Program-made: the position numbers and the translations under genes | From: a virus | Taxonomy: Duplodnaviria > Caudoviricetes | DNA length: 41,760 bases | IMG/VR virus record: IMGVR_UViG_3300049173_000144 | Location: 1 to 41,760 of that record | Direction: 5' to 3' (one strand) | Notes under the pieces: model-generated | Seen by the model: the letters and a program-made list of their open reading frames with translations, nothing else | Databases searched by the model: none | What the model was told of the DNA's origin: nothing | Shown: positions 34,047 to 41,760 of the stretch, one piece after another | Layout of the letters: the number at the start of each line of letters is the position of its first letter | How positions within the stretch are numbered: the first letter of the stretch is position 1

Positions 34047-34261
34047 CTCAAGACGAAATGGTGCGCCTCGCCAAGCTTGCAATCGAGAAGCACTACGACT
34101 ACGAGAAGCTTAAGTACAGCGATTACCTCTACGGCAAGGAAGACCTTGCGGATGACGTTTGGGACTTTGTCGAAGAGTGCCAAGCCATCGGCATGACGGC
34201 ATTCGAGGCCAAGTACGCGGCATCTAACAACCAAGCGGCGAATGTCGCGATGAAGGAGTGA
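34043..34261 (+). CDS. Hypothetical protein
   Basis: Coupled; AAGGA RBS. Confidence 0.6.
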   Translation: MTQDEMVRLAKLAIEKHYDYEKLKYSDYLYGKEDLADDVWDFVEECQAIGMTAFEAKYAASNNQAANVAMKE

Positions 34262-35319
34262 GCATGTCCCAAGTAATTGAAAAGATCAGCACCGCAATCG
34301 CGGAATACTCGCCAACCGCCGCCGCCTTGGCGGAACTCCGCTCTCGCCTAGCTGGCGTGGCCTATGACGTGTCCACCGGCAAGGGCATGGACATCGCCAA
34401 GAAGGACCGCGCAGAGGTACGTACCCTGCGTGTTGCGCTGGAGGCGAAACGCGTTGAACTCAAGGCCCCCGCTCTGGAGCGTTCCCGCCTGATCGACGCC
34501 GAGGCCAAGACCTTGACGGCTGAACTCGTGGCGCTGGAAAAGCCCATTGATGACCAGATCAAGGCCGAAGAGCGTCGCAAGGAGGCCGAGCGCATCGCCA
34601 AGGAGCAGGCCGAGCGCGACCGTGTGCAGCGCGAACTCGAAGAGAAGCTGGCGGCCGAGCGAGCGGAGTTGGAGCGCCAGCGTGCCGAGCAGGAAGCCAA
34701 AGACAAGGCGGAGCGCGAGCGCATTGCCGCAGAGCAGAAAAAAGAAGCTGACCGCCTTGCTGCGGAACGTGCTGCCTTTGAAAAAGAACAGGCTGCGGCC
34801 CGCGCCGAAGCCAAAGCTCGCGAGGATGCCGACCGCGCACGCCGCGATGAGGAAGACCGGTTGGCACGCGAAGCACGCGCCGCAGAGGACAAGCGTATCG
34901 CCGATGCCCGCGCCGCCCTGGAGGCCGAGCAGCGGGCCGTGCGCCAAGCACAAGAGGCAGCGGAGGCTGCAGAGCGGAAGGCGGCTCAGGCCAAGGCCGA
35001 CGCCGAAGCAGCCGCCGAGCGAAAGCGCCTGGACGATGAAGCAGCCGAGGCTCGCCGTATAAACGAAGAAGCCCGCGCGGCCGAACACAAGCGCGTCATG
35101 GATGAGATGGCCGCGGAAGCAGCCGCTGCCGAAAAGAAGCGCAAGGCCGAGGCAAAAGCTGCCGCCAAGTTGGCCGCTGCACAGAAGGCCGGCCCTGCAT
35201 TGCTGGCGGTCCTGAAGTCCGCCTTCTCGATGCTGGAGCGCTCGCTTCTTCGCGACACGTTTGGGGCCGAATGGGTTGAACAGGCCGAGGCTGCTATCGC
35301 CGAGGGGGAGGCCGCATGA
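34258..35319 (+). CDS. Long E/A/R/K coiled-coil protein (DUF1351-like N-terminus)
   Basis: YDVSTGKGMDIAKKDRAE...RVELKAPALE...IDAEAK followed by a charged helix. Confidence 0.8.
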   Translation: MSMSQVIEKISTAIAEYSPTAAALAELRSRLAGVAYDVSTGKGMDIAKKDRAEVRTLRVALEAKRVELKAPALERSRLIDAEAKTLTAELVALEKPIDDQIKAEERRKEAERIAKEQAERDRVQRELEEKLAAERAELERQRAEQEAKDKAERERIAAEQKKEADRLAAERAAFEKEQAAARAEAKAREDADRARRDEEDRLAREARAAEDKRIADARAALEAEQRAVRQAQEAAEAAERKAAQAKADAEAAAERKRLDDEAAEARRINEEARAAEHKRVMDEMAAEAAAAEKKRKAEAKAAAKLAAAQKAGPALLAVLKSAFSMLERSLLRDTFGAEWVEQAEAAIAEGEAA

Positions 35320-35459
35320 ACCACCCCGAATACCAAGACGGCGCGTATCTGTTTTCGCCCCTCGGCGACAACCGTCCCGCTGCGTTCTGGCCCTTTGTCG
35401 CTGGCTTCGTCGCGCCGTTTCTGGTCGCGCTGGTTGTCCACTTTCTGTTTCGAGGCTGA
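35316..35459 (+). CDS. 47-aa membrane microprotein
   Basis: MNHPEYQDG...FWPFVAGFVAPFLVALVVHFLFRG; GGAGG RBS. Confidence 0.5.
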   Translation: MNHPEYQDGAYLFSPLGDNRPAAFWPFVAGFVAPFLVALVVHFLFRG

Positions 35460-35460
35460 C

Positions 35461-35574
35461 ATGAGCCGCTACCAGATCTTCCGCCTGTTCTTTTCCATCC
35501 GTCGCCAAGACCTCGGCGTGATCGGCGCGGCAAAGCTGGCCGTGCGCGAAGCCTTCAAGCCCATTCCGTTCTGA
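35461..35574 (+). CDS. 37-aa microprotein
   Basis: MSRYQIFRLFFSIRRQDLGVIGAAKLAVREAFKPIPF; GAGG RBS. Confidence 0.45.
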   Translation: MSRYQIFRLFFSIRRQDLGVIGAAKLAVREAFKPIPF

Positions 35575-35577
35575 GTC

Positions 35578-36060
35578 ATGACCGAAAAGCAAAAACAAGC
35601 GCTCGCGATCCTGCTTGTCAGGTCGCATCTTCTGTGGGATCACGTTCGCCCTGGTGCTGATTGTTGGCCTTGGGTTGGCAGTGTGAACAGCGATGGGTAC
35701 GGGTCTGTCCGTGTTGGGCCGACATCCGTTCTCTCGCACCGTGCCGCCTACTTTCTGGCAAACAGTGATCTCCCAGACGGGCAATGCGTCTGCCACCGGT
35801 GTGACAACCCATCCTGCTGCAACCCGTCCCACCTTTTCCTTGGTGACCACGCTGGGAACATGAGTGACATGAAGGCGAAGGGGCGGCGTAAAGGGGTCAA
35901 TTCTGGTTCCAAGAATGGACGCGCGAAGTTGAACCGCGCAGCAGTTCGGCAAATCCGCAGCAGCCGTGCGGTCGGCACTCAACTCAAGGAACTGGCGCTT
36001 GCGTATGGCGTCGGGCTTTCAACTATCAGCCGCGTGTGCCGCGGGGAGAACTGGACATGA
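35578..36060 (+). CDS. HNH endonuclease with C-terminal HTH
   Basis: CWPW.G...GYG...SHRAAY...VCHRCDNPSCCNPSHLFLG...N. Confidence 0.9.
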   Translation: MTEKQKQALAILLVRSHLLWDHVRPGADCWPWVGSVNSDGYGSVRVGPTSVLSHRAAYFLANSDLPDGQCVCHRCDNPSCCNPSHLFLGDHAGNMSDMKAKGRRKGVNSGSKNGRAKLNRAAVRQIRSSRAVGTQLKELALAYGVGLSTISRVCRGENWT

Positions 36061-36695
36061 ACACAAGCGAATCCATTTCGAAGATCGCCCCTGCGCTTCT
36101 GAAAGCACAGAAGGCAATCACTTTCGCCATCAAGGATGCAAAGAACCCGCAGTTCAAGTCTACCTATGCAGACCTGTCTTCGGTCATCGATGCCACCAAG
36201 CCTGCGCTGAATGATGCTGGCATTTGCTTCATTCAAATGCCAGCGCCGAGCGATCAAGGTTGCTTGGCTCTGACCACCCGCCTTATTCACGAGTCGGGCG
36301 AGTGGATCGAATCTACGGCTACCTGCCCGCTGCAAAAGCACGATCCACAAGGTTACGGATCTGCGCTTACCTACCTCAAGCGCTACTCGCTCGCCTCGGC
36401 TGTTGGCCTGTACCAGGACGACGACGATGGAAATGCCGCGAGCAAACCAAAACAAGCCGCTGTGCGCCACAAGCCCACCGATGGCGCTGTCGTGGACCAG
36501 CATCGTCTCTCAATCGTTGCGGACACCGCCGATGCAGCGAAGGAGCGATTCGCAGGCGATGACCTCCTTGGCGCCTTCGAGCTTTGCCAAGGCATCACGG
36601 ACCCCGAAGAAAAGACGGCTCTCTGGGCAATGCTGCCCTCCAACCTTCGGTCTGCGCTCAAGAAGCACGCCGACAGCATCAAGGAACAAGCGTAA
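36057..36695 (+). CDS. erf: ERF-family single-strand annealing protein
   Basis: KDAKNPQFKSTYADL...TTRLIHESGEWIES...QGYGSALTYLKRYSL...DDDGN. Confidence 0.92.
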   Translation: MNTSESISKIAPALLKAQKAITFAIKDAKNPQFKSTYADLSSVIDATKPALNDAGICFIQMPAPSDQGCLALTTRLIHESGEWIESTATCPLQKHDPQGYGSALTYLKRYSLASAVGLYQDDDDGNAASKPKQAAVRHKPTDGAVVDQHRLSIVADTADAAKERFAGDDLLGAFELCQGITDPEEKTALWAMLPSNLRSALKKHADSIKEQA

Positions 36696-36940
36696 TGGCA
36701 TACGACAACACCAACCGCGGCACGCTCGGAAAGAACCTCCGCCGCGAGAAAGATACGCACCCGGAATACACCGGCCAGATCGACATCGACGGCGTGGGCT
36801 ACTGGCTTTCAGCGTGGGTCAAGGAAGGACAGGGAGGAAAGTTCTTCAGCCTCTCAGTGAAGCCCAAGGAACCGCAGGCTGCGCGCAACGCGCCCTCGCC
36901 CTCCAAGGCCGAGTGGGCTGACGACGACATCCCATTCTGA
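36695..36940 (+). CDS. Small ssDNA-binding protein (DUF736-like) with SSB-type DDDIPF tail
   Basis: MAYDNTNRG...HPEYTG.IDIDG..YWLSAWVK...DDDIPF. Confidence 0.75.
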   Translation: MAYDNTNRGTLGKNLRREKDTHPEYTGQIDIDGVGYWLSAWVKEGQGGKFFSLSVKPKEPQAARNAPSPSKAEWADDDIPF

Positions 36941-36948
36941 GGACCGCC

Positions 36949-37227
36949 ATGAACACCCAACTCACCCCCCGCGCCCTTGACGTAATCGCAGACTCGGGAG
37001 AAACCGGCGAACTCCCCCTTCGCAATGCTGCTCCTGGTAGTAGTGGCGGGGGGAGTGCTGTAGTCCTCCTTGAGGCAATCGAAGAGTACCTGCAGGATCA
37101 GGACGCGCTCGACAACCAATATCTGTCGGGGCAGAACGCCAGGGGCTACTTCGTCCTTGTGCGCCGTCGCAACGCTGCGCGCCGTGAGCTCGACGCTGCC
37201 ATCGCCGCTGCGGGAGAACGAACATGA
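36949..37227 (+). CDS. Hypothetical protein
   Basis: GAGG RBS. Confidence 0.55.
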   Translation: MNTQLTPRALDVIADSGETGELPLRNAAPGSSGGGSAVVLLEAIEEYLQDQDALDNQYLSGQNARGYFVLVRRRNAARRELDAAIAAAGERT

Positions 37228-37505
37228 GCGCGGAACTGAACAAACTGAGCAAGAGTGCCCTCTCCGCAGCCATGCGAGGCGGCACCGCTGCATGGGGGGT
37301 CATGGGCTCATCTATTGAGCATGTCCGTTACGCCGAACCCATTAAGTCGCGCAAGAAGTGCTTGTGCGGCTGCGAAGGCAAGAGGACGCATGCCGGCATG
37401 GCAAATGGCGTGTGCCTCACAAGCGGGTGCGAACTCACGATCCGCCGTTGGGTGAAGACCGGGTCAAGGCGTGCCATCGCCAAAGTCCAAGGAGCCCAAT
37501 CATGA
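37224..37505 (+). CDS. Cys-rich hypothetical protein
   Basis: RKKCLCGC...THAGMANGVCL..GCEL. Confidence 0.7.
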   Translation: MSAELNKLSKSALSAAMRGGTAAWGVMGSSIEHVRYAEPIKSRKKCLCGCEGKRTHAGMANGVCLTSGCELTIRRWVKTGSRRAIAKVQGAQS

Positions 37506-37906
37506 CCCCGCCCCGCCTTGATGAAGGCTCACTGGAGCAGGCGCGCAAGATTCTCTCGCGGCTCTGCGACAACGGACTGCTAAGCATGTCGATCCCCGTG
37601 CGCGAGAACGACGAGGACATGGTTCTCTCGGCGGTCATCGAATACGCTGCTGCCGCTCTCTCCACCGGAAGGCTTGGAGGGGAGTGGCTGCCAATCTCGC
37701 AGGCACCGGTTGGCCGGGAAATGTTCATGGCGCGCGCCTTCGACGTCGAAATTGGAAAAGGCCAGAGATACACGAGCGACCCCTATTGCGTATGGCAAGA
37801 GACCGCAGGGACGTTTGTGCGCTGGCCGCATAAATCCATCCCTCCAACGCACTTCATGCACATCCCTCCCGCCCCTGCAGCCAAACCCCAAGGAGACAAG
37901 CCATGA
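37502..37906 (+). CDS. DUF551-like early protein
   Basis: EWLPISQAP...PTHFMHIPPAP. Confidence 0.7.
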   Translation: MTPPRLDEGSLEQARKILSRLCDNGLLSMSIPVRENDEDMVLSAVIEYAAAALSTGRLGGEWLPISQAPVGREMFMARAFDVEIGKGQRYTSDPYCVWQETAGTFVRWPHKSIPPTHFMHIPPAPAAKPQGDKP

Positions 37907-38118
37907 GCGAAATGAGTCGTGAAGAGTGGGAGCGCCGCTATGCCGCTCGCATCGAGGAGCGCGCCGGATGGACGAAGCAAGAATCCGCGGAGTGGGCCAG
38001 CGTTGGCGCGGTAATGCTGGAACAGAACGAGCGCGCGGCCGGCAAAGCTGTCGTGTGGGAAGAACCCGAAGACGCAGCCGACGAGGAAATGAGCTACTGG
38101 GAGAACGACGGTGAATGA
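37903..38118 (+). CDS. Acidic hypothetical protein
   Basis: PEDAADEEMSYW motif; coupled. Confidence 0.65.
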   Translation: MSEMSREEWERRYAARIEERAGWTKQESAEWASVGAVMLEQNERAAGKAVVWEEPEDAADEEMSYWENDGE

Positions 38119-39094
38119 CAAGAAAGCATCCATCCTGGCCGAGGCCGCAGAAATCGCCATGGACGGCTGGCACAGCGTCGAGAAGGCGAAGGCTTTCGCG
38201 TGCAGCGTGTCGGACTATCTGCTCGCACTCACGAGCGCACCGGCAGAGCCGCTCCGAAAACTGGCTGCTTATCCATTGGAGGATTTTGGCTTAATTGCCG
38301 CCGCCGACGGCAAGCCTCTGTTTGGCGCCTGTGACTGGAAATTAACCGTAGGCGATGTGCGTGCGGCTCGCGCCGAACTTGCAAACGCCCCGGCAGAGAC
38401 ACCGCCAGCGGCAGGCGCTATCGATGCGCGGGGGCAGGAGAGCGAAATCCCCACCGATGGGCTGGGACTCGAATGGGTGCATTCGGTGCTGCGCTGGGCT
38501 GCGGCTGGCTATGTCCACACGCCCGAGAGAATGCGGTTTCTTCGCGGCGCCTATCGCATCGTTGATCGCCTCGTGAACGCCACACCCGAGGAAGCACCAG
38601 CAGCGGCAGGCGCTGCGCTGGCGGTGGCGAATGAGGTAGTAACAGCACTTCGCATCCATCATGAATGGTCAATCCGACACATGCCGGGTTACAGCGATGA
38701 TGGGGACGAGCGCGTAGCATACCGCGCGACCGTAGCCGCCCTCGCCGCACCCCCAGCGCCCGAGCCAATGCGAACGCATGTTGAACGCTTTGCGACGGCT
38801 GCCGGCTGGGCCAAATCCAGCAGCGAAGGGGCATTCGAGTTCGTTCAGCGTATTTCATATCGTCAGGGGTGGGACGACTGCAAGCGTGAAGCGAAAGACC
38901 CAAATCGTGAAATCACGGCGGCCGAGCCCGTCATTTCTGCGGAAGACAGTCTGCGCACTCGGTTGCGCTGGTCACAGGAGAAGGTCGAGCAGTTGGAGCA
39001 AGAAAACCGCACACTGCGTGGGCGCCTGCCAGGTCCGAATCTGGACGACTTGCTCAAGGCCGCGCAGCCTATCGAGCGGGAGGACGGGAAATGA
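38111..39094 (+). CDS. Mosaic early protein (Ead/EaA-like modular)
   Basis: Several short domains separated by Ala/Pro linkers. Confidence 0.65.
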   Translation: MNDKKASILAEAAEIAMDGWHSVEKAKAFACSVSDYLLALTSAPAEPLRKLAAYPLEDFGLIAAADGKPLFGACDWKLTVGDVRAARAELANAPAETPPAAGAIDARGQESEIPTDGLGLEWVHSVLRWAAAGYVHTPERMRFLRGAYRIVDRLVNATPEEAPAAAGAALAVANEVVTALRIHHEWSIRHMPGYSDDGDERVAYRATVAALAAPPAPEPMRTHVERFATAAGWAKSSSEGAFEFVQRISYRQGWDDCKREAKDPNREITAAEPVISAEDSLRTRLRWSQEKVEQLEQENRTLRGRLPGPNLDDLLKAAQPIEREDGK

Positions 39095-39519
39095 GCGCCG
39101 ATCTGAACTTTCCCGAGCCAGCGGGCTACTTCACCACCACGGATGATGGCCGCTGGGTTGAAGCGCCTGAAGGTGCGGACCGATCACGCCTGACGCCCCT
39201 GTACGGCCAATCCGCCCTCCATGCGATGAAGGCTGAGATTGCTCCCATTGCGGCGGTACTTGCGCTTGACGTGGAAGGACGCCCGGGAGTCTGCGGCCAA
39301 ACGATTGGGGCCGATGGCTCGGGACAGTTTGCCTATGTCATCCGCGGAACTGTGGAGCAAGCTGATCGCTGGGCAATCGACCATATTCGCCAGCGAGAAA
39401 AGGCCGGCCAACGCATCGTGTCATGCGTTCTCGTTTTTAGCGATGAAGGCTACTCCGGACCGATGCTCAAGGAAATCGACTCAGCCCGAGCAGCAGGGGA
39501 TGGGGAGGGCAAGAGGTGA
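39091..39519 (+). CDS. Hypothetical protein
   Basis: EPAGY...TPLY motif; coupled. Confidence 0.6.
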   Translation: MSADLNFPEPAGYFTTTDDGRWVEAPEGADRSRLTPLYGQSALHAMKAEIAPIAAVLALDVEGRPGVCGQTIGADGSGQFAYVIRGTVEQADRWAIDHIRQREKAGQRIVSCVLVFSDEGYSGPMLKEIDSARAAGDGEGKR

Positions 39520-40049
39520 GAAATTGGCCCAACTACTTTACGCATGCCTACGCGCATGAGGCCTTCGAGATCAAGGACGCTGTCCTTTATTGGCGAGAGC
39601 GTCCTCGTCATCACTTCTCAGCCGACTACACGCACAAATCCGTCAATCTGGAGTTGGCTGGGAAGAAGGCTGGGACCATCGGCGCTAAATATTTAACAGT
39701 GTGGCACAGGGGGTCGCATCTTCGCGCTCACCGCATCATTTTCTTGATGCATCACGGCTATCTCCCGGAAGTTGTCGATCATGTCAATGGCGATGGCTTC
39801 GATAACAGAATTGAAAACTTGCGGCCGGCCACTGGCAAGACAAATGCAATGAACGTCCGCACATCGACGCGGAACAAAAGCGGCGTGCGGGGCGTTTCTT
39901 TTCACAAAATCACTGGCAAGTGGGCCGCTGGCGTCAGTATTGAAGGCAGATGGAAATATCTAGGCCTCTTCGCGACCGTCGAAGAAGCTGCGGTTGTGCG
40001 CAATGCTGTTGCCGCACGTTTATATGGGGAGTTTTTCAGTGCCCGATAG
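39516..40049 (+). CDS. HNH-AP2 endonuclease
   Basis: AHRII...VDHVNGDGFDNRIENLR...NKSGVRGVS...YLGLF...EAA. Confidence 0.9.
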   Translation: MRNWPNYFTHAYAHEAFEIKDAVLYWRERPRHHFSADYTHKSVNLELAGKKAGTIGAKYLTVWHRGSHLRAHRIIFLMHHGYLPEVVDHVNGDGFDNRIENLRPATGKTNAMNVRTSTRNKSGVRGVSFHKITGKWAAGVSIEGRWKYLGLFATVEEAAVVRNAVAARLYGEFFSAR

Positions 40050-40278
40050 CCGAATCTCTTTACCGCCAGAGCTTGAGGCGCTGATGCCGGAGCCGGCATT
40101 CCAAACACTTTCGGCCAACTATTTCACCGCCGACCAGGTACGCCAAGCCATGCTTGACGCTACTGAGAGGGCGGCGAAGAAGTGCGACGAGCACATCCGG
40201 TTCTGCGGTGGCGACGACAGCTCCGAAAGCGTCTGCGAGTTTCTTGCCGCTGCTATTCGGGGTGGAGGTCAGGGATGA
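40039..40278 (+). CDS. Hypothetical protein
   Basis: FTADQVRQAM...ERAAKKCD...AAAIRG motif. Confidence 0.6.
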   Translation: MPDSRISLPPELEALMPEPAFQTLSANYFTADQVRQAMLDATERAAKKCDEHIRFCGGDDSSESVCEFLAAAIRGGGQG

Positions 40279-40595
40279 AGACTCTCACACTTCCGCTCAA
40301 GCGCGAGTATTTCGAGGCTATACGCGACGGCTCGAAGACCGAGGAATACCGGCTTTGCAATGAATACTGGCAGAAGCGCCTGCCGTCGCCGTTTGGGGTT
40401 TACGACCAGATCGAGTTGACCCTTGGCTACCCTGCACGCGACGACCACGCCCGGCGCCTAGTGCTGCCATGGCTCGGCTACACCATAAAGACGATCATGC
40501 ACCCGCATTTCGGCAGCGAGCCTGTCACGGTGTACGCCATCAAGGTCAGTGCCCCCTCTATCGGGCGCTCTACTAGTAGGGGAGAGGGAGAATGA
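40275..40595 (+). CDS. ASCH-domain protein
   Basis: LTLPLKREYFEAIRDGSKTEEYR...YWQKRL. Confidence 0.85.
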   Translation: MKTLTLPLKREYFEAIRDGSKTEEYRLCNEYWQKRLPSPFGVYDQIELTLGYPARDDHARRLVLPWLGYTIKTIMHPHFGSEPVTVYAIKVSAPSIGRSTSRGEGE

Positions 40596-40966
40596 GCGAA
40601 CTCCTCACCGCCTCCGAGGTCGCCCAGCGGCTCGGGGTTTCCGCCCGCCAGGTCTATGATTTGGCCGCCTCGGGCACGCTGCCCAGCTATCGATTCGGGC
40701 GCTCCAGGCGCTTCGAACCCTCGGACATCACGGAGTACAAGACAAAATGTCGATCACAAGGGATAAGGCGCGCGGTCAGTTCGTCTTTGAGTTTGACCGT
40801 TGGATCGGTGGAGCAAGGATCCGCGCTCGAAAGCGCCTTCCTCGCGCTTGGAATCAAGCCCAGGCAGACGAATTCGACCGGAAGGAGAGCGCACGGCTCT
40901 ACGCGACGGCAAACGGCGTCGGTGGTGAACATCACCTCATCGAAGACGCCATCACCCACTACCTGA
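40592..40966 (+). CDS. xis: Excisionase (HTH_17)
   Basis: LLTASEVAQRLGVSARQVYDL...LPSYRFG...RF; overlaps int. Confidence 0.85.
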   Translation: MSELLTASEVAQRLGVSARQVYDLAASGTLPSYRFGRSRRFEPSDITEYKTKCRSQGIRRAVSSSLSLTVGSVEQGSALESAFLALGIKPRQTNSTGRRAHGSTRRQTASVVNITSSKTPSPTT

Positions 40967-41760
40967 AGGACCGCATCCCCAAGCTCAAGCAGGGGATGAA
41001 CGTCGCGCGCGAGCTGGCGCTGATCGCCCCCTTCTACACCGGCCGCCCGCTGAGTGCGCTGCCGGACGTGTGCAAGGCGCTGCGCCTCAAGTCGATGTCG
41101 GTGCCGAAGAAGGAGGGCGACAAGCCGCGCCCGCTGTCAGACGCCACGGTGCGACTGCGGATCCGCTACTTGACGGCTGCATGCCGGTGGGCCTGGAAGC
41201 ATCACAGCTTCGGCGAGTTCGATCCTGCCGCCAAGGTGGTGGTGCCCGAGGTGAAGAACGAGCGGCACATCTACATCGACCGCGCGCAAATGCTGGCCGT
41301 CGCCCGGAACACCAAGAACCGCAATGCCAGGATGGTGGTGCGCATGGCGTTCTACAGCGGCATGCGGCTATCCGAGATCCTGCGGGCCATCCCAGTCGGG
41401 GACCGGTGGCACCTTGCCAAGACCAAGAACGAGGAGCCGCGGATTGTGCCGATTCACCCTCGGGTGGCGGTGTGCGTCCGGCAGTTCAAGAAGATCGCGC
41501 GCATCACGGTGCAGAAGAACGTGAAGGCGGCGTGCGTGGCCGCTGGCATGCCGTGGCTGCATTTTCACGACCTCCGACATAGCACGGCCTCAGAAATGGT
41601 GAACGCGGGCGTAGACCTGTATACGGTGGGCGCAGTGCTGGGCCACAAGGATCCGCGCAGCACGGCGCGGTATGCCCATCTATCGACTGACCGGCAGGCC
41701 GAGGCAATTGCCAAGGTCGGTCAAATTTCCCCCACCACGAAGCTGCGGCGGGTGGCTTGA
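40747..41760 (+). CDS. int: Tyrosine integrase
   Basis: YSGMRLSE, KTKN, FHDLRH, VLGH, RYAH: complete R-K-H-R-H-Y set. Confidence 0.96.
   Translation: MSITRDKARGQFVFEFDRWIGGARIRARKRLPRAWNQAQADEFDRKESARLYATANGVGGEHHLIEDAITHYLKDRIPKLKQGMNVARELALIAPFYTGRPLSALPDVCKALRLKSMSVPKKEGDKPRPLSDATVRLRIRYLTAACRWAWKHHSFGEFDPAAKVVVPEVKNERHIYIDRAQMLAVARNTKNRNARMVVRMAFYSGMRLSEILRAIPVGDRWHLAKTKNEEPRIVPIHPRVAVCVRQFKKIARITVQKNVKAACVAAGMPWLHFHDLRHSTASEMVNAGVDLYTVGAVLGHKDPRSTARYAHLSTDRQAEAIAKVGQISPTTKLRRVA

Larger units (their letters stand above)
2606..41760. mobile_element. Temperate prophage (lambdoid control region, P22-like podovirus virion module) integrated in tRNA-Ser(CGA); right att beyond the window
   Basis: tRNA fragment at left, int/xis at right, and complete lysis, virion, packaging, replication and immunity modules between them. 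Confidence 0.95.

Noticed and set aside
34348-35982. 544-aa minus-strand ORF
   Set aside because: Shadow of the coiled-coil and HNH genes
2606-41760. Named anti-phage defence systems, toxin-antitoxin pairs or methyltransferases
   Set aside because: No recognisable RM, Abi, CBASS, retron or TA motifs by eye; an HMM search (DefenseFinder/PADLOC) would be needed to exclude them

Overview
GC-rich betaproteobacterial-type chromosome segment (Comamonadaceae/Variovorax-like by impression only). It holds a host sensor histidine kinase and a short flank (1-2600), followed by an apparently near-complete ~39 kb temperate prophage (about 2606 to beyond 41760). The left boundary is a displaced 3' fragment of tRNA-Ser(CGA); the right end carries xis/int, and the second att copy is expected just outside the window. 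The phage has lambdoid regulation: divergent cro/cI, palindromic operators over twin TTGACA-N17-TGTAAT promoters, YdaU-type replication initiator, nin region, Q-like gene. Its virion module is P22-like and short-tailed (terminase, portal, scaffold, N4-gp56-type capsid, gp4/gp10-like adaptors, three ejection proteins, glycine-rich fibre), followed by a lysis cassette. The most interesting signals are mostly absent from the ORF track: a ~500-nt cluster of structured RNAs in the late leader, including a tRNA-like cloverleaf and GNRA tetraloops; a LexA-box-controlled small gene paired with a CI that lacks a protease domain; a translationally coupled 26-aa CCHC zinc-knuckle gene between endolysin and spanin; three tandem ~46-aa membrane microproteins in the cro operon; and an antisense leaderless membrane moron beside the tail fibre. 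All product calls come from motif recognition and synteny; no database search was run.
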